DNA of 64,000 nucleotides from Bryobacterales bacterium. GTDB taxonomy: Bacteria > Acidobacteriota > Terriglobia > Bryobacterales > Bryobacteraceae. Every line of letters begins with the position of its first letter. Positions within the stretch are counted from its first letter, which is position 1. Below are positions 27,920 through 36,197 of the stretch, piece after piece. The notes under the pieces are model-generated. The model was not told the origin of the DNA. It searched no databases and saw only the letters and a program-made list of their open reading frames with translations. Both the position numbers and the translations under genes were made by a program. The DNA lies in the NCBI GenBank assembly GCA_963728965.1, contig CAVSMH010000010.1, positions 212,573 to 276,572 on the forward strand. Reading direction: 5' to 3'.

Positions 27920-27966
27920 TCGCCCTTGTATGCCCGCGCGCCGCCTGCGGCATCCTGCGTGCGTAT

Positions 27967-29004
27967 ATGCATAACAGCATGCGATGGCACTGGGTAACAT
28001 TTGCACTTTTTCTTTTTGTAACCGGCTTGTGTGCGGAAGGCCACCATGGAGCGAACGCGCTCTCCAGGAAGGGACATGCCAACCGTGTGGTTCAGCCCCA
28101 GCCACCCAGTTACGATCCCGCGGCGATTGCCAATCCAAATCAGCCCGATACCGCGGAGGGCGATCGCGGTTCGGCCGTGCTGCGGATTCAGATTCTGCTG
28201 GGCCGCGCGCATTTTTCATCGGGTGTGCTCGACGGGCAGTTCGGCACCAACCTGAAGAGAACCGTGGCGGCTTACCAGGCGAAGCAGCACATCCCCCACG
28301 ACGGCGTGGTGAATGCCGCAACCTGGGCGGCGTTAAACCGCGATATGGCGCCGCCGCTGGTCAGCTACGCCATTGCGGCGGACGATCTGAAAGGGCCATG
28401 GGTCAACGTTCCGGGCAGCATGGAGGAGCAGGCCAAACTACCCTACCTCGGATATGCATCGCCCCTCGAGGAATTGGCCGAACGGTTCCATGTCAGCGAG
28501 GCAGTCCTCCAGGCACTGAACCCGGGGGCCGATTTCGGCCGCGAGGGCCAGGTGATCCAGGTGCCGAACGTGCTGATCATGCCGCCGGCGCAGGCCAACA
28601 AGGTGGTAGTGAGCCGGTCTGAGTCCTCGATCCGGGTCTATGACGATGTGGGGAAACTCGTCGCGTTTTACGTCTGCACGAGCGGGAGCGAGCACGACCC
28701 GTTGCCCATCGGCGACTGGAAGATTCAGGGCGTGCGCCGCAATCCGGAATTCCACTACAACGCGAAACTGTTTTGGGATGCCAAAGACCCCGACGCGACG
28801 GCGGTGATCAAGCCCGGTCCGAACAATCCGGTAGGCCTGGTATGGATCGATCTTTCCAAGGACCACTACGGAATTCATGGAACGCCGGACCCCTCGAAGA
28901 TCGGGCATGCATCTTCCCACGGGTGCATCCGGCTGACCAACTGGGATGCGTTGGAACTGGCCGCGATCGTGAAGCCGGGGACGCCGGCGATGTTGCGGGA
29001 GTAA
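27967..29004 (+). CDS. L,D-transpeptidase (YkuD fold) with peptidoglycan-binding domain
   Basis: PG_binding_1-like segment [37 protein letters not shown]. YkuD catalytic block [27 protein letters not shown]. Signal peptide present. ATG 27979 is an alternative start. Confidence 0.85.
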   Translation: MHNSMRWHWVTFALFLFVTGLCAEGHHGANALSRKGHANRVVQPQPPSYDPAAIANPNQPDTAEGDRGSAVLRIQILLGRAHFSSGVLDGQFGTNLKRTVAAYQAKQHIPHDGVVNAATWAALNRDMAPPLVSYAIAADDLKGPWVNVPGSMEEQAKLPYLGYASPLEELAERFHVSEAVLQALNPGADFGREGQVIQVPNVLIMPPAQANKVVVSRSESSIRVYDDVGKLVAFYVCTSGSEHDPLPIGDWKIQGVRRNPEFHYNAKLFWDAKDPDATAVIKPGPNNPVGLVWIDLSKDHYGIHGTPDPSKIGHASSHGCIRLTNWDALELAAIVKPGTPAMLRE

Positions 29005-29016
29005 AGGAGTAAAGCG

Positions 29017-29817
29017 ATGAACGTGCGTGCGAGAATGGCGGCTGCATTCGTGTTGGGCCTGGCGGCAGGAGCGCTACTGTTGACGGTCGGACTTTGGTGG
29101 TCGGGCAGTCTGCGGGTGAACCCGATGGTTTGGCACCGGAATCATCCGGCAACGCCGGCCGTGGACCTGACCGGGACGGTGGCGGAAGCCAAGAACCTGC
29201 CGCCGGCGCCATTGCCCGAGGTGCCCCCGCCCGCAGTTTCCCAGCCCTCCGTACCCGCGGCTCCTGCCCCCAAAGTCGGCCAGCCGACGCCTGCCGTGCC
29301 TCCCCCCGCGGTGCCGCAGCCGGCGCCGCCGCCGCCTGCGGGCGGCAAGACAAATCCAGGAAGCACATCCGCCAATCGCATGGCTCCCGAAGCGCCGCCG
29401 CACCTCGCCTTACCGATCGCGGGCCTCGATCCGTCGAAGATCGCCGATACGTTCGCCGACGCGCGCGACGGCCGCCGCCACGAGGCGCTCGATATCATGT
29501 CGCCGCGCGGCACGCCTTTGAAGGCCGTGGCGGAAGGAAACGTGGTCAAGCTCTTCACCAGCAAACAGGGTGGCCTGACCGTGTACCAGTTCGACGATAG
29601 CCAGACCTACTGCTTCTACTATGCGCACCTCGATCGCTACGCTCCGGGGCTCCAGGAAGGCACGTTGCTGCGGAAAGGCGATGTGTTGGGATACGTGGGA
29701 AGCACCGGCGATGCCTCGCCCGATGCACCGCACCTGCACCTGGCGGTCTTCAAACTGGGGCCGGAAAAGAAATGGTGGCAGGGGACGCCGATCGATCCGC
29801 TGCCGCTCCTGCAATAG
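29017..29817 (+). CDS. M23 (LytM-type) peptidoglycan endopeptidase with Pro-rich linker
   Basis: HEALDIMSPRGTPLKAV... and YYAHLDRY...GYVGSTGDASPDAPHLHLAVF (HxxxD and HxH metal ligands). N-terminal TM anchor and a Pro/Ala-rich spacer. Confidence 0.85.
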   Translation: MNVRARMAAAFVLGLAAGALLLTVGLWWSGSLRVNPMVWHRNHPATPAVDLTGTVAEAKNLPPAPLPEVPPPAVSQPSVPAAPAPKVGQPTPAVPPPAVPQPAPPPPAGGKTNPGSTSANRMAPEAPPHLALPIAGLDPSKIADTFADARDGRRHEALDIMSPRGTPLKAVAEGNVVKLFTSKQGGLTVYQFDDSQTYCFYYAHLDRYAPGLQEGTLLRKGDVLGYVGSTGDASPDAPHLHLAVFKLGPEKKWWQGTPIDPLPLLQ

Positions 29818-29826
29818 GCCGCCGCC

Positions 29827-30684
29827 TTACTTGGGCAGGTAGGAGCGCGCCGCCAGGATCAGGTCGTGCTCCTGTCCTTCCTCGGCGTGGCTGTAGTAGC
29901 CCACCTGGGTTCCGGGCTTGAAGAAGAAGGCCGCGCCCGCCGTCACGGGGTGGCGCACCTCTTTGCCGTCGGCGTCGAGCCCGGCCACGATCTCGCCGCT
30001 GCCGCGCAGTAAGAGGTAGATTTCTTCCTCGCGGCGGTGGCTGTGCGGAATATTGGTTCCCCCCGGCGCGAAGTCCATGATGAACAGGCTGTTCATGACG
30101 TACGCGGCGGAAAGCTTATCGCGGGTGCTGGAGGTGAGGCCCATCAGCAGTTTGAACTGCGTGGTGGGGCCGTGGCTGCCGAGCACCTGGAGCTTTACCT
30201 CGTCCGCGGAAGCAAGCATGAGCTTCGCAGTGGGCGCTACCTTGACGGTGGACGGGATGCGGTACCCCATCACGATCGCCTTCGCCGGCGCACCCGAGGA
30301 GTTGGCGAGGCCGTGCCGCACGCCTGGCGGTAGGTACACATAGTCGTTGGCTTTGACGGGTGCTGTCTCCTCCCCGTAGAGGAGCGTGGCCCGCCCTTCG
30401 GTGATGAAGTACATTTGCTCCTCGGCCGGATACTCCACCAGGGCTGTGGCACCGCCGGGCATAATGGTGAGCTCGCCGTAACGCGCCACGCTTTTGAGTT
30501 GGTCCGCATCCGCGTCGCCGATACCGAACAGCGGCTTATAGGAAACCTTGGAGATGTTCGCCGTGAGGTCGTCGGGACGCGCCGGCACGTCCGCCAACTG
30601 GCGGCGAAGGAAGAGGGGATCCGCCGCGAGAAGACAACTCGAAGCGGCCAGGGCCACGTAGGCCAGGTGCCGGAGGGTGCGCAT
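29827..30684 (-). CDS. Secreted bicupin protein
   Basis: Signal peptide MRTLRHLAYVALAASSCLLA. Two cupin barrels, the second with GGTNIPHSHRREEEIYLLLRGSGE (cupin motif 1). ATG 30684 is preferred over the longer ORF-track start. Confidence 0.6.
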   Translation of the reverse strand: MRTLRHLAYVALAASSCLLAADPLFLRRQLADVPARPDDLTANISKVSYKPLFGIGDADADQLKSVARYGELTIMPGGATALVEYPAEEQMYFITEGRATLLYGEETAPVKANDYVYLPPGVRHGLANSSGAPAKAIVMGYRIPSTVKVAPTAKLMLASADEVKLQVLGSHGPTTQFKLLMGLTSSTRDKLSAAYVMNSLFIMDFAPGGTNIPHSHRREEEIYLLLRGSGEIVAGLDADGKEVRHPVTAGAAFFFKPGTQVGYYSHAEEGQEHDLILAARSYLPK

Positions 30685-30734
30685 CACGGCCCTTATGGTA
30701 TCTGATGGCGCGGCGCGACGAGGACGTGCCGGGG

Positions 30735-30953
30735 CTATTCGTCGCGATACTGTTCGTTCTTCTTGAACACGAAGGCGATAAATCCGGCCAGGATCAGGAA
30801 CGGAGGCGCGCCCAGCACCACGATGCCCATGTCGAGCACGCGCGCCCGCGCCTGGTTCTGCGCGTGGGCGGTACGGTAGCACATCACGCACTGCGCCGCC
30901 GATGGTATCGAGAGCGCGGCGTAGAGCGCGGGGATCAGCAACAGTCGTTTCAT
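30735..30953 (-). CDS. Small (72 aa) membrane-anchored CxxC protein, translationally coupled to the oxidase operon
   Basis: MKRLLLIPALYAALSIPSAAQ/CVMCYRT...MGIVVLGAPPFLILAGFIAFVFKKNEQYRDE, i.e. a signal peptide, CVMC, and a C-terminal TM helix with a KK-positive cytoplasmic tail. ATGA overlap with the subunit IV stop (30950-30953). Confidence 0.45.
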   Translation of the reverse strand: MKRLLLIPALYAALSIPSAAQCVMCYRTAHAQNQARARVLDMGIVVLGAPPFLILAGFIAFVFKKNEQYRDE

Positions 30954-31273
30954 AGGGGCGGCCGCATTACCTCGACGCGCGCCGCGTCGCTGAGGAAAGT
31001 CAGCATCAGCACGATGCAGAAAATCAGCATGGGAAACAAGGTCAGGAACAGGCTCAGCCGCTCGAATTTCAGGTGCATGAAATAGGCGATGATCAACGCA
31101 GCCTTGATGATCGACAAGCCCACCAGAATAGTCAGCATGATGAGCGTTGGCAACTGCTCGTAGGCGAGAAAGACTTCCACGCCCGTGAGCACCAGCAGAA
31201 CGATCCAGACCTTGGCGAAGGTGATCGTGGTGGCCCCTGTGGTGTGTTTGACTTCTTCGGTATGAATGCTCAT
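30950..31273 (-). CDS. Cytochrome c oxidase subunit IV (prokaryotic COX4 family)
   Basis: 107 aa with 3 TM helices. ...FAKVWIVLLVLTGVEVFLAY...IIAYFMHLKFE... is typical of bacterial CoxIV/CtaF-like proteins. Last conserved gene of the oxidase cluster. Confidence 0.75.
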   Translation of the reverse strand: MSIHTEEVKHTTGATTITFAKVWIVLLVLTGVEVFLAYEQLPTLIMLTILVGLSIIKAALIIAYFMHLKFERLSLFLTLFPMLIFCIVLMLTFLSDAARVEVMRPPL

Positions 31274-31285
31274 GCGAACGCTCCC

Positions 31286-31918
31286 TCAGATTCTTGCCGA
31301 CATCAGGTAGACCAGCGGGAAGATGAACATCCACACCAGGTCCACGAAGTGCCAGTACAGCCCGCTCACCTCCACATCTTCCGCTTTGAACTTGCCGCGC
31401 AGCACGGCCTGGCAAATGATGGCGAGATAGACGATGCCGATGATCACGTGGGTCATGTGCAAGCCGGTGAGGGCGAAGAACGTACCGCCGAAGAGCGGCA
31501 CGCCCCAGGGATTATCGAAGGGGGTGACGTGCTCGTTGTGAATCAGGTTCAACCACTCGGTGAGGTGCAGCGCCACGAAAGCGCCCCCGCCGCCAATCGT
31601 CGCCAGGATCCAGCCGGCGGCCGCCTTGCGCCGGCCGTGGCTCATGGCGTGTACGGCCATCACCATGGTCAGGCTGCTCGAAAGCAGGCAGAAGGTCATG
31701 ATGCTGGAGAACACGATGCTCGGCGAAAAGTGAAACGGCCTGGGCCAGTTCGGATTCGAGACGCGGCTGTAGGTGTAGGCAAACAACAACGCCGAAAACG
31801 TCAGCGCGTCGGAAATGATGAACAGCCACATCCCGAACTTTTTCGAGTTGGTCGCGTACGGTGAGCCTCCCCCCTCCCAGGGAGAAACGGCAGCCGCACT
31901 GATCTGCTGCGTTGACAT
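31286..31918 (-). CDS. Cytochrome c oxidase subunit III family protein (copy 2)
   Basis: ...KKFGMWLFIISDALTFSALLFAY..., LTEWLNLI and YWHFVDLVWMFIFPLVYL are hallmarks of haem-copper oxidase subunit III. ATG 31918 (MSTQQ...). Confidence 0.8.
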   Translation of the reverse strand: MSTQQISAAAVSPWEGGGSPYATNSKKFGMWLFIISDALTFSALLFAYTYSRVSNPNWPRPFHFSPSIVFSSIMTFCLLSSSLTMVMAVHAMSHGRRKAAAGWILATIGGGGAFVALHLTEWLNLIHNEHVTPFDNPWGVPLFGGTFFALTGLHMTHVIIGIVYLAIICQAVLRGKFKAEDVEVSGLYWHFVDLVWMFIFPLVYLMSARI

Positions 31919-31920
31919 CC

Positions 31921-32562
31921 TTACCCCCAAACGTAAAATAGAACCATCAGGTACAACCAGAGTCCGTCGAGAAAATGCCAGAAGATGGCGGTGACGTCGA
32001 TGGCGGTCCGTTTGGCCGGGCCGAGCCGCAGCCGCCACGCCTGCACGTCAACATACACCAGCGCCGCCACGCCTCCCAGCAGGTGGAAGGCATGCGCGGC
32101 CGTCAAGACGTAAAAAAACGAACTGCTCGGGTTGGTGGCGATGTACACGCCCGCGTCTTTCAACTCGCGCCATGCCATCGCCTGGCCTACCAGAAACAGC
32201 ACGCCCAGGGCGGTAGCCACGGTCCACCACAGGTTGAACGATTCGCGATGGTGCCGTTTCAACGCACGGCGCGACAGATCGAGCACAATGCTCGAAGCCA
32301 GCAGCAGAGCGGTGTTTACCCAGAGAATGTGCGGTTTGGTGAGGCTTGTCCAATCGTCGGAGAGGCCGCGGCGCACCACCAGGGCGCTCGTGAAGGCGGC
32401 GAACACCATGGTGCTGGCGGCCAGCAGGACAAATAGGCCGGTGAACGAGGCGCGCCGGTTGGCGCCGCGGCCATCGCTTCCGCCTCCGCCCGAACCCCAC
32501 TCGATGGGCGGGGGCGGCGGGCCTTGGACGATATCGTGGGTGAGGGATCCAGCCATACTCAT
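31921..32562 (-). CDS. Cytochrome c oxidase subunit III family protein (copy 1)
   Basis: Gly-rich N-terminus, then ...FYVLTAAHAFHLLGGVAALVY... and IFWHFLDGLWLYLMVLFYVWG (subunit III C-terminal signature). Confidence 0.8.
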   Translation of the reverse strand: MSMAGSLTHDIVQGPPPPPIEWGSGGGGSDGRGANRRASFTGLFVLLAASTMVFAAFTSALVVRRGLSDDWTSLTKPHILWVNTALLLASSIVLDLSRRALKRHHRESFNLWWTVATALGVLFLVGQAMAWRELKDAGVYIATNPSSSFFYVLTAAHAFHLLGGVAALVYVDVQAWRLRLGPAKRTAIDVTAIFWHFLDGLWLYLMVLFYVWG

Positions 32563-32571
32563 TTGGATGCG

Positions 32572-34344
32572 TCAGCGCCCGGAGTGCACTTCGGGCGGAT
32601 CGGTTTGCATGATGAAATCGGTAGGTGCCCCGGGAATACTGTACTCATACGGACCGTGGTGCACCACGGGATGGACGCCGGCGAAGTTGTCGAAGGGCGG
32701 AGGCGAGGGAACGGTCCACTCGAGTGTGGTCGCGTTCCACGGATTCGACGACGCCGGAGCGCCCTTGCGGATGCTCCAGATCAGGTTGAGGAGGAAGATG
32801 AGCTGTGCGGCGGCCGTGATGTATGCCGCCCAGGTCATGAAGGTGTGGACCGGGATCAGCCCGGCCAGGTACTCGACATCGGTGAAGGCGGAGTAACGCC
32901 GCGGGTTGCCGGCGATCCCCAGGTAGTGCATGGGCGTGAAGATGGCGTACACGCCGGCGAAGGTGAGATAGAAGTGGAGCTTGCCCAGGGTCTCGTTGAG
33001 GTGCTTCCCGGTCACCTTGGGGAACCAGTAGAAGGTGCCCGCGAACATGCCGAAAATCGCCGCCACGCCCATGATCATGTGGAAGTGCCCCACCACGAAA
33101 TAGGTGTCGTGGAAGTACAGGTCGAGCGCCGGCTGACCCAGGAAGATGCCGCTTACGCCGCCCGTCACGAACAGCGAAACGAAGCCCAGGGCGAACATCA
33201 TGGCGGTGGTGAAATGGATCTTGCCGCCCCACAATGTGCCGATCCAGTTGAACGTCTTGATGGCTGACGGCACCCCGATGCACATCGTCAGAATGGAGAA
33301 TGCCATCGCCGAGTAGGGATTCATGCCGCTCATAAACATGTGATGGCCCCACACCAGGAATCCCAGGAAGCCGATGGACAGGATCGCGTACACCATGGCC
33401 TTGTAGCCGAAGATGGGTTTGCGCGAGAACGTGGAGAGCAACTGCGAGGTGACGCCCATGCCCGGCAGAATGGCGATATACACTTCCGGATGGCCAAAGA
33501 ACCAGAAGAGGTGCTGCCACAGCAGCGGCGAGCCGCCCTTGTGGTTGGCGATGATCTGGTCGCTGATAAACAGTCCGCCGGGAAGGAAGAAACTCGTGCC
33601 GGCGAGCCGGTCGAGCAGCAGCAGGACGCCGGCGGCGAGCAGCACGGCAAAGCCCAGCAGGCCCAGGATGGCGGTGACCAGCCACGTCCAGCACGTCAGC
33701 GGCATACGCATCAGGCTCATGCCCTTGCAGCGGAGATCGACCGTGGTGGCGATGAAGTTGATGGCGCCCATCAGCGACGCGCCGCAAAAAATGGCGATGC
33801 TCAGAATCCACAGGTTCTGCCCCATGCCTTCGCCGGGTCCGGTGATGCGCCCGACGCCGCTCAGCGGCGGGTAGGCGGTCCACCCGGAGAGCGGCGCGCC
33901 ACCCTGCACGAAAAACGCCGATACCATCACCACCAGGGCCAGGAAGGTGGTCCAGAACGACATCATGTTCAGCACCGGGAAGGCCATATCTTCGGCGCCG
34001 ATCTGGAGCGGAAGGAAATAATTGCCGAACCCGCTCTGCGGCACCGTGGTGAGCACGAAGAACACCATGATCGTGCCGTGCATGGTCATCAGCGACAGGT
34101 ACAACTCCGGGGTCATCACGCCGCCCGCCGCTGCGGTCGGCCATAACTTCGCAAACCACGACACCGACACGTTCGGGTTGATCATGTGGTAGCGCATCAG
34201 CAGCGAGAGCGACATTCCCAGGAATACCGAAAACAACCCCAGGAAGTAGTATTGGATACCGATCACCTTGTGATCGAGGCTGAAGATATAACGCCGGATA
34301 AAACCGTGCGGCGCCGCGTGGGCGTGGGCTACGGGAGAAGACAT
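32572..34344 (-). CDS. ctaD: Cytochrome c oxidase subunit I
   Basis: DHKVIGIQYYFLG, GHPEVYIAILPGMG, WGHHMF and VVGHFHMIM are canonical haem a/a3-CuB ligand blocks. 590 aa. Confidence 0.95.
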   Translation of the reverse strand: MSSPVAHAHAAPHGFIRRYIFSLDHKVIGIQYYFLGLFSVFLGMSLSLLMRYHMINPNVSVSWFAKLWPTAAAGGVMTPELYLSLMTMHGTIMVFFVLTTVPQSGFGNYFLPLQIGAEDMAFPVLNMMSFWTTFLALVVMVSAFFVQGGAPLSGWTAYPPLSGVGRITGPGEGMGQNLWILSIAIFCGASLMGAINFIATTVDLRCKGMSLMRMPLTCWTWLVTAILGLLGFAVLLAAGVLLLLDRLAGTSFFLPGGLFISDQIIANHKGGSPLLWQHLFWFFGHPEVYIAILPGMGVTSQLLSTFSRKPIFGYKAMVYAILSIGFLGFLVWGHHMFMSGMNPYSAMAFSILTMCIGVPSAIKTFNWIGTLWGGKIHFTTAMMFALGFVSLFVTGGVSGIFLGQPALDLYFHDTYFVVGHFHMIMGVAAIFGMFAGTFYWFPKVTGKHLNETLGKLHFYLTFAGVYAIFTPMHYLGIAGNPRRYSAFTDVEYLAGLIPVHTFMTWAAYITAAAQLIFLLNLIWSIRKGAPASSNPWNATTLEWTVPSPPPFDNFAGVHPVVHHGPYEYSIPGAPTDFIMQTDPPEVHSGR

Positions 34345-34375
34345 ATTTTCACCTTTGAATGCGTTCCCCGGAATC

Positions 34376-35209
34376 TCACTTTTGGGCCTGTTGTTGCTGC
34401 TTCCACTGCTCGAAATCGGCTTCGCTCATAACCTGCATGGTGGTGCGCATCTGGAAATGGCCCAGCCCGCACAGTTCCGAGCAGGGGACTTCGTAGATGC
34501 CGATGCGGTCAGCCTGGAACGGGAGGGGAATCTCCATTCCGGGCACGAGGTCCTGTTTCAGGCGCAGTTCGCGAACGAAGAAGTTGTGGATCACATCGCG
34601 CGAATGCAGCAGGAGCTTGATCGGTTTGCCGACCGGGACCTTCAACGATGCGCTGACGATATCGTCTTTGCCGGCGGGATCGTGCTCATCGAGTCCCAGC
34701 GGATTGCCGGCGGAGTCGTTGATGAGCTTGAGATCGGTGCGGCCGAATTTGCCGTCGGGCCCGGGATAGCGGAAGGACCACGCAAACTGTTTGGCGGTGA
34801 CCTCGACGGCGAGGGCGTCCGATGGCGACTGGGCGAAGTGGACGCCGGCCCAGATCCGCGTGCCCATCAGCACCAGGCCGAGAAACAGGATGGCGGTGGC
34901 GGTGGTCCACAACGTTTCGAGCTTATTATTGCCGTGGGAGTAGACCGCGCGGCGACCGTCATCCCGGAACTTGACAATGGCGTATCCAAGCACGAACTGC
35001 GCCAGGACGAAAATGATGCCGACTACGATCAGGGTGCGCATGAACTGCACGTCGTACGCCAATCCATGCTGCGAAATAGCGGGCGGAAACCACCAGGTTC
35101 TCGCGAAAAAAAAGTAAGCCGTGACGATCGTTATCACCCACACCAGCGGGGCAAGCAGCATCCCGAAACTCCTCCACGAGGGCGCAATGCCCTCCCCATG
35201 CGCGACCAC
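34376..35209 (-). CDS. coxB: Cytochrome c oxidase subunit II (CuA, no fused cytochrome c domain)
   Basis: Two N-terminal TM helices. CuA motif HNFFVRELRLKQD...CSELCGLGHFQM. The protein ends shortly after the CuA domain. ATG 35161 is an alternative internal start. Confidence 0.9.
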   Translation of the reverse strand: MVAHGEGIAPSWRSFGMLLAPLVWVITIVTAYFFFARTWWFPPAISQHGLAYDVQFMRTLIVVGIIFVLAQFVLGYAIVKFRDDGRRAVYSHGNNKLETLWTTATAILFLGLVLMGTRIWAGVHFAQSPSDALAVEVTAKQFAWSFRYPGPDGKFGRTDLKLINDSAGNPLGLDEHDPAGKDDIVSASLKVPVGKPIKLLLHSRDVIHNFFVRELRLKQDLVPGMEIPLPFQADRIGIYEVPCSELCGLGHFQMRTTMQVMSEADFEQWKQQQQAQK

Positions 35210-35259
35210 CGGGCTCTCTGAGGCGCCCGGACCGGAGATCGCATTGAAGCGGAGAAGAC

Positions 35260-35267
35260 ATTATCAC
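35260..35267 (-). promoter_or_regulatory. Extended -10 (TGtGATAAT) candidate for the oxidase operon
   Basis: Minus-strand sequence gcTGTGATAATgtc. The hexamer lies at 35265-35260, about 50 nt upstream of the coxB ATG at 35209. Confidence 0.3.
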
Positions 35268-35313
35268 AGCCGGTGAAGGAGGTGCAAGTCGGATTTCAAA
35301 CGGAAGGCAAAGG

Positions 35314-35348
35314 AAAAGGTCCGCCGGCGGCCCTACCGGCGGACTTTT
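35314..35348. terminator. Intrinsic-terminator-like hairpin flanked by A4 and T4 tracts in a divergent intergenic region
   Basis: AAAA (35314-35317), G, stem GTCCGCCGG (35319-35327), 8-nt loop, stem CCGGCGGAC (35336-35344), TTTT (35345-35348). 9 perfect GC-rich base pairs. No annotated gene lies upstream on either strand. Confidence 0.45.
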
Positions 35349-35367
35349 CCGCCGCCCCGCCCGTCGT

Positions 35368-35373
35368 TAGAAT
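35368..35373 (+). promoter_or_regulatory. -10-like box TAGAAT 11 nt upstream of ATG 35385
   Basis: Sequence is cgtcgtTAGAATgagggtatacgATG. Confidence 0.3.
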
Positions 35374-35384
35374 GAGGGTATACG

Positions 35385-36152
35385 ATGCTCCGCATATCCA
35401 TACTGTTGATGTTCGCCGGACTGCTCTGCGCGCAGAACGCCGACAATCCGTTCGACCGGCCGCCCGCCCGGGTGGACAAGGCGCTGCGCAGCCGGATCGC
35501 CGAGTTCTACGAAGATCACGTCAAAGGTGAGTTTCGCAAGGCCGAGGCGCTGGTGGCCAACGACACGAAGGAGTTCTTTTACAGCCACAACAAACCCTCG
35601 TACCTGAGTTTCGAAATCGGCAGGATTCAATATTCGGACGGCTACAAGCGCGCCCGCGCGACGGTGATCTGCGAGCAGTACGTCATGGTGCCCGGATTTG
35701 CCAACAAGCCCATGAAGGTGCCGACGCCCAGCACCTGGAAACTGGTGAAGGGCAAGTGGTACTGGTATGTGGACCAGGAGGCCATGCGGAATACGCCGTT
35801 CGGCAAACTGGTGGGCGGGCCGCCTTCTGCGCAGGGTGGTCCGATTCCGGCCGTAATCCCCGACACCGTGGAGCCGTTTCTGAAGAAGGTGAAAGTGGAT
35901 AAAAAGGCCGTGATCCTGAAGCCCGGTAACTCGGACCAGGTTACCATCTCGAACACGGCGCCGGGTGTGATGAACATCTCGCTGTTCGGCGCCCTGGCGG
36001 GAGTGGAAGCTAAACTGGATCACACCAGCCTGACGGTGGCCGGGAAAGCGGTGCTGACCCTCCGCGCCGCGGCAGGCGCAAGGTCCGGTCTGCTCACGAT
36101 TCGCGTGGAGCAGACCGGGGAAGTCATACCCATCCGGGTAGAGATCCAATAG
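35385..36152 (+). CDS. Secreted hypothetical protein (no recognised domain)
   Basis: Signal peptide MLRISILLMFAGLLCAQ. Coding-like composition. The C-terminal ~90 aa are beta-rich and Ig-like (KPGNSDQVTISNTAPGVMNISL...TIRVEQTGEVIPIRVEIQ). Confidence 0.6.
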   Translation: MLRISILLMFAGLLCAQNADNPFDRPPARVDKALRSRIAEFYEDHVKGEFRKAEALVANDTKEFFYSHNKPSYLSFEIGRIQYSDGYKRARATVICEQYVMVPGFANKPMKVPTPSTWKLVKGKWYWYVDQEAMRNTPFGKLVGGPPSAQGGPIPAVIPDTVEPFLKKVKVDKKAVILKPGNSDQVTISNTAPGVMNISLFGALAGVEAKLDHTSLTVAGKAVLTLRAAAGARSGLLTIRVEQTGEVIPIRVEIQ

Positions 36153-36197
36153 AAAGCGCACGAGCGTTCGGCGCCCGTGCGGGTTGCGGCCGAGCGG

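Noticed and set aside
29190-29350. Repetitive Pro/Ala-coding DNA in the M23 peptidase gene as a possible tandem repeat element
   Set aside because: It is an in-frame low-complexity linker (PPAPLPEVPPPAVSQP...PAPPPPAGG) between the membrane anchor and the catalytic domain. It is not a discrete DNA repeat.
35273-35530. 85-aa plus-strand ORF starting in the coxB/hypothetical intergenic region
   Set aside because: It reads through the terminator-like hairpin and then out of frame into the downstream gene. The AAGGAGG near its start is better explained as part of the GGA-rich segment.
36157-36181. Hairpin CGCACG...CGTGCG between the convergent hypothetical genes, and a similar 6-bp stem at 52620-52634 after thiE
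   Set aside because: The stems are short, the loops are long or very tight, and there is no U tract. They cannot be distinguished from chance GC-rich complementarity.
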